Positions 6,455 through 12,706 of a stretch of DNA of 29,206 bases are shown here, piece by piece (position 1 is the stretch's first letter; each line of letters starts with the position of its first letter). The notes beneath the pieces were generated by a model. That model was not told the DNA's origin. It ran no database searches and saw nothing but the letters and a program-made list of their open reading frames with translations. A program made the translations under genes and the position numbers. This DNA is from a virus. Its lineage: Duplodnaviria > Caudoviricetes. The DNA lies in IMG/VR virus record IMGVR_UViG_3300030372_002816, positions 1-29,206 of that record; one strand, written 5' to 3'.

Positions 6455-6782
6455 TCGTCCTGCTTGCGTTCATACAAGCCTCTGCTTGGTCTTTGAGGGG
6501 AAGTTTGTTGAAACAACCCATGATCCTGTCCCAGTCCATTCGGTTTAGATCATAAAACTCACAGATGCTCTCTTTGTCAATTCCGGCGTGGTAAGCACCA
6601 CATACAACTCTTGCTTTTGGAACAAGTTCCGTTTCTGGGTAATAGCAACTATCTCGCGGTCTGGTGAACCGTATGGCTTTTCCCGTGCGGTGAATCGCTC
6701 TCATCAGAATGTCAATCCACATCACCTGGCTTGTCGAAAGTTTTTTACCTCTGCCTGGAATCTTGCCACTGGATCTTGCCAT
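6423..6782 (-). CDS. Hypothetical protein (119 aa; alternative start ATG 6722)
   Basis: Fills the gap in the operon; TGATG coupling at 6722 possible. Confidence 0.6.
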   Translation of the reverse strand: MARSSGKIPGRGKKLSTSQVMWIDILMRAIHRTGKAIRFTRPRDSCYYPETELVPKARVVCGAYHAGIDKESICEFYDLNRMDWDRIMGCFNKLPLKDQAEACMNASRTIARHAKRPRR

Positions 6783-7459
6783 CTTTTGTCCTTGTTCAGA
6801 TTGACGATTCGCTCCTCTTCTAAGGCTCGGAACATCAGGTCTACATCCTCTGGGACCATCTTTGCCACTAAGCGGCCTAGTTTCGCCTCTGACGCTCTCC
6901 CAATCTGATAACGACCCCCGGCATTCCGAAAGTGTTCAAGCCAGCCAGAGAGGACTTGAGAGGCTGTTACACCGCCATCAGAATCAACCCCCTCTCCCTT
7001 GCCCCCCTGGGGGGGCTTTAGGGGGGGGATTTGGTTTTGGGTCTGGATTTGGTTCTGGTTCTGGTTCTGGTTCTGGGACGGTTTCGTAACCATTACTTCA
7101 CCCTTACATACAGCAGACTTCGCACGACTCTTACGGACAGCCTCACGGTTGTTCCGAGCCTCTTTTTCTGCCTTTGCACGCTCGTCAGACATCCGTGGAT
7201 TGACTAACCAGTTTTCACCATCGTCTTCCTCAACAATCTCAAACTTGTCCCTGATCAAAAGCCAAATCTGATGCGTCAGACCTGGGCATGCGATACAGAG
7301 TTGATCAAAGTTGTTGGGGAGTTTGTGACCAGCCGCTTGCAAAGCACAGAGTTGCCAAAATGCTCCTCTGGCTTCCAACGGTAAAAAATTAGTGCCGCCA
7401 ATGTAATCGTCTGGGTAAAACTTAACCCACGGCACTCTGCTTTTTCTTTCCAGTGTCAT
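6722..7459 (-). CDS. DUF1376/YdaU-family putative replication initiator (245 aa)
   Basis: PWVKFYPDDYIGGTNFLPLEARGAFWQL...LP, NPRMSDER, QNQNQNQ..PPLKPP linker (hexamer repeats ~7029-7075). Confidence 0.85.
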   Translation of the reverse strand: MTLERKSRVPWVKFYPDDYIGGTNFLPLEARGAFWQLCALQAAGHKLPNNFDQLCIACPGLTHQIWLLIRDKFEIVEEDDGENWLVNPRMSDERAKAEKEARNNREAVRKSRAKSAVCKGEVMVTKPSQNQNQNQNQIQTQNQIPPLKPPQGGKGEGVDSDGGVTASQVLSGWLEHFRNAGGRYQIGRASEAKLGRLVAKMVPEDVDLMFRALEEERIVNLNKDKRWQDPVARFQAEVKNFRQAR

Positions 7460-7482
7460 CCATGACCACCTTTCAGTTTGGT

Positions 7483-7881
7483 TTAGAAGGGAATCCCATC
7501 GTCCACAACATTAGTCATGTGTTGTTGGGGTTGGGCCTGTTGTTGGGCTTGAGACTGTTGTTGGGGTTGGGCTTGGTTTCCGAATGAAGCATTTGGTTCA
7601 GAATTCGTTGCAGCCGGGAAGATGGAATCAGCCTGAGTAGCGGGCTGGTTTGCCGCAGGCGATTGCTCAACTGGCAGATTGACTTGGATTGAGATGTAGG
7701 GGGTTCCGTTCTGTTTTGACGTTGCATTCCAGCCACTCAATCTTCCGCTAATCATCTGACCGTTGAAGTCAATTTCAATTTTGCCGTTGAAGTCAGGCTG
7801 ACGAGTACCAGGCTCTTTCCTGTTGTTGAGGAACAACGCAGCAGTGCCAATTTTTTCCGATAGTGATTTTTGATCGCTCAT
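7483..7881 (-). CDS. Phage single-stranded DNA-binding protein (DUF736-like) with acidic tail
   Basis: ALFLNNRK...QPDFNGKIEI...LSGW....GTPYISIQV, Q/P-rich linker, terminal DDGIPF; TAATG coupling at 7881. Confidence 0.85.
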   Translation of the reverse strand: MSDQKSLSEKIGTAALFLNNRKEPGTRQPDFNGKIEIDFNGQMISGRLSGWNATSKQNGTPYISIQVNLPVEQSPAANQPATQADSIFPAATNSEPNASFGNQAQPQQQSQAQQQAQPQQHMTNVVDDGIPF

Positions 7882-8300
7882 TACCAATCCTTCTTTTTCC
7901 GTGTTTCGTGATTTTGAAAAGTTTGCATCTCATCAGCACTAGCGAACCCAGTACCGTCAGAGATAAATCCGAGGCTCGCCAGAGCCCTACCGATTGCAGC
8001 AGTCTCACACTTCTCTAGGAAGCCGACCTGACCACCTTTGGCTCTTTCAGCCATAGCCATGCCCGTGGAGACTTTTTGTACCAATTCTGAATCTTCAGAT
8101 TCATATTTAGGGACAAGCACTCTTACAGTTGCCTGCACAACAACGCTGGTGAGATAACCATGCTCATTGTATTTTGAATCAATGATATGAGACTCAACCG
8201 TTGCATTTGGAAACTGTGCATGTAGACGTTTGATTCTTGACTTGACCAACTCATAAGAGTTGCCTTTGAGATTGATTGTTTGTGCTTTCAGCATTCCCAT
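7881..8300 (-). CDS. Putative ssDNA-annealing recombinase (Rad52/Sak-like) (139 aa)
   Basis: LKGNSYELVKSRI, LEKCETAAIGRALASLGF...FASADEM; lies between exonuclease and SSB. Confidence 0.7.
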   Translation of the reverse strand: MGMLKAQTINLKGNSYELVKSRIKRLHAQFPNATVESHIIDSKYNEHGYLTSVVVQATVRVLVPKYESEDSELVQKVSTGMAMAERAKGGQVGFLEKCETAAIGRALASLGFISDGTGFASADEMQTFQNHETRKKKDW

Positions 8301-9202
8301 TCTTGGACTCCTTCATATCCAGTAGGCCATTCGTTTGAGTGGAAGCACCGTGAGAAGTCGATCAGTTCAACTCTCAATGTCTCTTCCAAAATATCAAGTG
8401 TCTCAGGTCTGAACGCCCAGACACCAACTTTGTGGGGCACACGCTTTTCGACTGCAACCAGGTACACATCAAAATCATCAGATAATTCAAGAGTTGACAG
8501 CCCTGCTTTGCAAACCCTGGTGATTGTTTCCCGATAGAAGCACATCTGTTGAGGATATTGGAAGATGCGTGCTTTCCGCTGGAACTCATGCAGACATTCG
8601 CAGGTTTTGAGATCCAAGAAGCCACAAATTTTGCCATCATCATCAAGCAGTAGTTTGTCAGCCTTGCATTGCAACGTAATACCAAGTTGATCAGAGGGGT
8701 AGCGAAACACGGACTCTGGCAACCCAGGTCGGCTAAGAAGTTTGTGAGCAACCTCTTGCTTTTCGATAGCCTCTTGCATATTTGCAACTAAGCCCCACTG
8801 TTCAGTGTTGCACAGTTCTTTACCCCCATAGTCAACTCCAAATCGAACCATTGCTTTTTGATATGCAGCGGACGACTCGCCATATTCTTTGCCAGTCTTG
8901 GGATTGATCAGACCAATCTCTTCAGCAATCTCAGGGGTGCTGACTTTGTATCGAGAGTCGAATGCTTCCCGACCCTCAAGAATTAAACAGTGAGCCATCT
9001 TGCCCAGTGCCATTGCTGGCGATTCTGTCTGTTGATCAATGTTGTCAATGAATCGTGCCTTGTAATCGGCTGGAGAACCACGGAAGACTTTGAAAGCACT
9101 GCTGGCAATGACCAACCCTGACTTGCAATACCCGTGGTACTCCTCATCTTCTTCAACAAATGGCCCCCCGCATCTGATACCCATCACTTCTTTCATTTGC
9201 AT
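8288..9202 (-). CDS. RecE/exodeoxyribonuclease VIII-like PD-(D/E)XK exonuclease (DUF3799-like)
   Basis: EEYH, SPADY, AMALGKMAHCLILE, CKADKL, DLKT, YPQQMCFY, LVAVEK, WPTGY; real start may be ATG 9196. Confidence 0.9.
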   Translation of the reverse strand: MQMKEVMGIRCGGPFVEEDEEYHGYCKSGLVIASSAFKVFRGSPADYKARFIDNIDQQTESPAMALGKMAHCLILEGREAFDSRYKVSTPEIAEEIGLINPKTGKEYGESSAAYQKAMVRFGVDYGGKELCNTEQWGLVANMQEAIEKQEVAHKLLSRPGLPESVFRYPSDQLGITLQCKADKLLLDDDGKICGFLDLKTCECLHEFQRKARIFQYPQQMCFYRETITRVCKAGLSTLELSDDFDVYLVAVEKRVPHKVGVWAFRPETLDILEETLRVELIDFSRCFHSNEWPTGYEGVQEWEC

Positions 9203-9365
9203 TCCTTTCTGCTTCGTAAAAAGTGTTGAATGGTCCTATCGGGTTAGTCTCTGGAAGACTTGAATCTTTCTTCTCCCACCAATACCAACCCTCTTCTGTG
9301 ATGGTGTAACAGAATTCGTGTGGGCCTGTAATGAAAAAAAAACCGATACTGACATCATGTGTCAT
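9153..9365 (-). CDS. Hypothetical phage protein (70 aa)
   Basis: GWYWW...P...PIGPFNTFYEAE motif seen in small phage proteins; overlaps neighbours. Confidence 0.65.
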   Translation of the reverse strand: MTHDVSIGFFFITGPHEFCYTITEEGWYWWEKKDSSLPETNPIGPFNTFYEAERNANERSDGYQMRGAIC

Positions 9366-9705
9366 CAGACTTATTCATGTTCCGATTTGCTGCGTGAAGG
9401 AGTGACAATAGATTGTCAACTCTATCAAGTGGCATGGCATTTATAAGTGCCGACCGGAATTGATCTAATGCAAACACAACTGGTATTTCATCGGCTGACT
9501 TTTCAGGGTTCTCTTCTTCTGCCTTGTCGCAACTGTGGTGCATCAGAAGCATAAACTTGAATAGGTCGGGCAAATGGGTTGCCCAGGTTGACAGCACTTC
9601 CGCCACATCATCTGCTCTCGTCTGCATTTGCAACTCTGACTTATCAGAGAATTGCATGTAGAAGTAAAGCGTTCTGGCTAGTTTTTTCTGGGTAGTGTCT
9701 GACAT
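9355..9705 (-). CDS. Hypothetical helical protein (116 aa), first gene of the replication operon
   Basis: ATG lies 2 nt after the terminator T-run, no SD. Confidence 0.65.
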   Translation of the reverse strand: MSDTTQKKLARTLYFYMQFSDKSELQMQTRADDVAEVLSTWATHLPDLFKFMLLMHHSCDKAEEENPEKSADEIPVVFALDQFRSALINAMPLDRVDNLLSLLHAANRNMNKSDDT

Positions 9706-9707
9706 AG

Positions 9708-9743
9708 AAAAAAAATCCCTGGGCGATTTAACTCACCCAGGGA
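9708..9743 (-). terminator. Intrinsic terminator
   Basis: TCCCTGGGTGA-GTTAAA-TCGCCCAGGGA (11 bp with one U.G pair valid only on the minus strand) followed by T8. Confidence 0.85.
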
Positions 9744-9774
9744 CTAACTGAAAGGATGCACACATGCACATCAC
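9708..9774 (-). ncRNA. Candidate ~67-nt small RNA/attenuated leader, antisense to AACTGAAAGG RBS leaders
   Basis: Promoter immediately upstream and terminator at the 3' end; contains CCUUUCAGUUAGU, a perfect 13-nt complement of the 883 gene leader (891-903). Confidence 0.65.
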
Positions 9775-9780
9775 GGAGGG

Positions 9781-9808
9781 ATTCTAACAGAATAACTAAC
9801 AAAGTCAA
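9781..9808 (-). promoter_or_regulatory. Sigma70-type promoter
   Basis: TTGACT-16 nt-TAGAAT with extended -10 TGn; predicted start G9774. Confidence 0.75.
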
Positions 9809-9927
9809 ACTCTGCAACAGTAATTCCGTTGATAATCGCCCTGGTGGAGAATAACCAGAGGATTGTTGCAAGAACAAGTCTTGCAGGGGGAGAAGAAGAA
9901 GGCAAGGAACCTGTAGATTTTTGACAT
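9805..9927 (-). CDS. Small Cys-rich peptide (40 aa), not in ORF track
   Basis: My translation: MSKIYRFLAFFFSPCKTCSCNNPLVILHQGDYQRNYCCRV; SD GAAAGGA 7 nt before ATG; candidate -10 just upstream. Confidence 0.5.
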   Translation of the reverse strand: MSKIYRFLAFFFSPCKTCSCNNPLVILHQGDYQRNYCCRV

Positions 9928-9958
9928 GCTGGAGTCCTTTCCGATAAAGAGTATATCG
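9921..9958. promoter_or_regulatory. Overlapping promoter elements and CGATA-N7-TATCG inverted repeat
   Basis: Minus-strand CGATATACT (9958-9950); plus-strand perfect TTGACA (9921-9926) with weak -10 inside CCGATAAAGA. Confidence 0.45.
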
Positions 9959-9978
9959 ACCGGAAGCATTCTGTGTCT

Positions 9979-11511
9979 TTAGGAAATTGTGGTGCTTCCC
10001 AGGGGTAGCCTGATCCGCCCATTCCCAAACGTCTTCAGACTGGTGACTTCTGCCGCTGAGATGGCATTTTGTAGATCAACGAAGCCCCCATACAGGTTCA
10101 GGTTGGTGATATCTACCTGGGTGTTCTCATTCCCACCCAAGTCAAACTCGCCAGCGTAGATGTTCAGGGTGGTGAGATCGCCACCCCCGTAGGCAACATG
10201 ACCACCATTGATGTTGAAGGTGTTGACATCGTGATCTCCACAGAACACCTTGCCCCCACTGACGTTCACGGTTGTCACATCCCCATTGATCTTGACTGAT
10301 CCGTATGGGCCAACATTGATCTCAACACCTTTGTCAAGATGAAGAGTCGCAAGCCTACCAGCACCCTCTACAGTCACTCGTGACAGGCTGTCCATCTCAA
10401 GCGTTGCTTTGGTCGGAGAACTGTAGTGTAGATTCAGGGAATCACCCTCTAATTTGCACCCAAGTCCGGCGTTCTCTAAATATGTGGTGTCATCCACATC
10501 CAAGTCAAGATAGGTCTGGGCCAGTGGTGCTTTGATCACTACGTTATCTGCCGTTACGTTCAAGGCACTAGATGTAGTACCGATGTTGCCGGTGAACCCT
10601 TCAAGCACGCACAACTCTTTGCACACCAGGTTGCCCGTAGTAATCGAGTCTGCCCGGTCGGCAATGACACACCGTTTGCTGGCGGTTGGCTCCAGGTTGT
10701 CACTCCAGTTGTCTGGATCAGTAATGTCGGCTGGATTACCACCACCAATCCATGTAACAGTTGTAATGCTCACTGTTGGGGGAACCGTCTTATATGGGTG
10801 GTCAGATGGTAGGTCTGCCAATTTCCCCCACTTGTTTGCGAGATACCCCTCTATCTTTTGACGATCAGAAGTGGTCAACGTAGAACCGCCAACCAAGATT
10901 TCCGCAATATCACCCGTCAACGGGTTGCCGCCAACTGCCGTAGCACCAATATCAAACACGTTACTGTTGCTGATTGATCCGCTATTGGTCGTGCCAGTTG
11001 TGGTCATGTCTGAGCCGTTCAAAAAACCATTACAGGTTGACGAAACTCTTGAGGCAGAAACAAGAACAAAATCAGTTCTGCTCCAGTTGCCTGCGGATTG
11101 CTGCGGAATATTTGATGTGCCACCAAGCCTAGCCTGCAAAGCACCCGCCGCAGTTGTCATCAGGGCAAAAGTTGTTGTCCCTTTTTCAAACATAAACTGC
11201 ACACCACTGTCATCAGTTGACTTAAAAACCGCAGCCAACCAAATGTCACCTGTTCCAACATCTAGTTCCGCAATATCACTATCGCTCAAAATGTCATTTG
11301 TCCCATCAAACCTAATAATGGGCCGCCCATGCAATTCATTTTTTTCAAACGTCGGCTGTCTGGCACTGGTCGCTTGGGAAGCATCGTTAGAGTTACTGCT
11401 TGAGTCAGTCCAACTGGTGACAGCAGAACCATCAGCCTGTTTGATTGAGTCGGCCTTGTACCAGGCAGTCAAGATTCCCGTCCCAAGATCCGATGGGGTC
11501 CACAAAGGCAT
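9979..11511 (-). CDS. Tail fibre/receptor-binding candidate: N-terminal LamG/concanavalin-like domain plus C-terminal beta-helix (510 aa)
   Basis: AWYKADS...VTSWTD...QPTF...IRFDGTND...GDIAEILV...DRQKIEGYLANKWG; C-half has xxNIxGG repeats. Confidence 0.85.
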   Translation of the reverse strand: MPLWTPSDLGTGILTAWYKADSIKQADGSAVTSWTDSSSNSNDASQATSARQPTFEKNELHGRPIIRFDGTNDILSDSDIAELDVGTGDIWLAAVFKSTDDSGVQFMFEKGTTTFALMTTAAGALQARLGGTSNIPQQSAGNWSRTDFVLVSASRVSSTCNGFLNGSDMTTTGTTNSGSISNSNVFDIGATAVGGNPLTGDIAEILVGGSTLTTSDRQKIEGYLANKWGKLADLPSDHPYKTVPPTVSITTVTWIGGGNPADITDPDNWSDNLEPTASKRCVIADRADSITTGNLVCKELCVLEGFTGNIGTTSSALNVTADNVVIKAPLAQTYLDLDVDDTTYLENAGLGCKLEGDSLNLHYSSPTKATLEMDSLSRVTVEGAGRLATLHLDKGVEINVGPYGSVKINGDVTTVNVSGGKVFCGDHDVNTFNINGGHVAYGGGDLTTLNIYAGEFDLGGNENTQVDITNLNLYGGFVDLQNAISAAEVTSLKTFGNGRIRLPLGSTTIS

Positions 11512-11512
11512 A

Positions 11513-12343
11513 TCAAGTCACCACAAGAGTTCTGTTGACATCAGCCCGGACAATGCCCTGACCACGAACGCTCACACCATTGGTGTAAGTCGTAGCCCCG
11601 CTCCCCGACCTGTCATCTAGCGTCCCGTCATAGAGATTCACATCAGTCAGGGTGGCTCCCGCAGAAACATTGTTTTCCAGGGTCAACACGCTTGGTTTGT
11701 CATAGACATTAGCAGTTGTAAGTGTGCCGGAAGACTCAAACGACACAACAGACTTGCCGCGAATGTTGGCAGTGGTCAGGTTCGCAGAACCCTTGACCGT
11801 GATTTCACCACCACTGATGTTTGCTGTAGTCACGTTTGCAGATGTGGTGAATTGCCCCGCATCCATCGTAATTGTTGTCACATCTGGGCCGGTTGCTGGA
11901 ATGGTTACAATTCCCCTGGGCGTTCCAATAAACTCCAGATTCGTAAGGGTTGACCCTTCCAACGTGACTGTGCCAGCACCACCCAGATATCTCAAAGATG
12001 TGATGTTTGAGTTGGAACCAATGTTGATTGAATCCGCAGTCCCATCATTGTCGGTGATGATGACCGTGGTGAAGTCGCCAGATATGAAAACTGGAGCCGT
12101 GGGTGACTTGATAAAAACCGTGGTTGCATCAACATCTAGGTTTCCAGCCTTAACCCCGAAAGAGCCAGTAAACCCATCAAGGATCTTGATTTCCAAAACT
12201 GCGGGAATAGAAGTGCCGCTGATCGTCTGACCACCAGTGTTGAAAATCACAGTGTCACTCGCACCTGGAATTGATCCGCTAGACCAATTCGTAGTGGTGT
12301 TCCAATCCCCGCTTGTTGTCCCGGTCCATGTGATAATCGCCAT
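11513..12343 (-). CDS. Thr/Gly-rich beta-helix tail protein (276 aa)
   Basis: TWTGTTSGDWNTTTNWSSGSIP start and TTANISGG-type repeats; paralogous to the C-half of 9979..11511. Confidence 0.85.
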   Translation of the reverse strand: MAIITWTGTTSGDWNTTTNWSSGSIPGASDTVIFNTGGQTISGTSIPAVLEIKILDGFTGSFGVKAGNLDVDATTVFIKSPTAPVFISGDFTTVIITDNDGTADSINIGSNSNITSLRYLGGAGTVTLEGSTLTNLEFIGTPRGIVTIPATGPDVTTITMDAGQFTTSANVTTANISGGEITVKGSANLTTANIRGKSVVSFESSGTLTTANVYDKPSVLTLENNVSAGATLTDVNLYDGTLDDRSGSGATTYTNGVSVRGQGIVRADVNRTLVVT

Positions 12344-12706
12344 TTACTGTCCCTTTTTCATCCATTTCGGTAATCGGTAGGGCAAACGACGATTGAGCCA
12401 AGACTGTCTCTTCGCACAACCGCAACCCTTTTTTTGCTTGATTCGACCGAAAGACACCTTTTCAATCGCCCACTTCACGGTGTCACCAAAGCCAACATGC
12501 TTCGGTTTGACATTTTGACGTTGGGGCCGAGTTTTTGGTTTGGGCGAATCTGCGACTGATTCATACCGAATCTTCCGACCGTTGGCCTTTAGGTAGACAG
12601 GGCAATGGGTGGTGCAAACACTCGGAGATGGCCTGCCGCCATAAAAGCCCTGTTTACAAGCCCCGTTATCCCAGAATTCACACTTAACTGTTTGTGTCAT
12701 ACTCAT
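12344..12706 (-). CDS. Basic Cys-containing tail-region protein (120 aa)
   Basis: GFGDTVKWAI...GCGCAKRQSWLN motif; ATGA overlap with the upstream gene. Confidence 0.75.
   Translation of the reverse strand: MSMTQTVKCEFWDNGACKQGFYGGRPSPSVCTTHCPVYLKANGRKIRYESVADSPKPKTRPQRQNVKPKHVGFGDTVKWAIEKVSFGRIKQKKGCGCAKRQSWLNRRLPYRLPKWMKKGQ

Noticed and set aside
7001-7075. CAGAAC-type hexamer repeats and G/C runs as a separate element
   Set aside because: Encode the QNQNQ/PPLKPP linker typical of DUF1376 proteins; an internal origin role cannot be excluded but is unsupported
9764-9787. Plus-strand 7-aa ORF MHITEGF behind ACTAACTGAAAGG
   Set aside because: No plus-strand promoter seen; promoter, U.G pair and U-tract all favour a minus-strand RNA; kept only as an alternative
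9771-10028. 85-aa minus ORF in the control region
   Set aside because: Starts inside the tail gene, lacks an SD and runs over promoter elements; the 40-aa frame has the good SD
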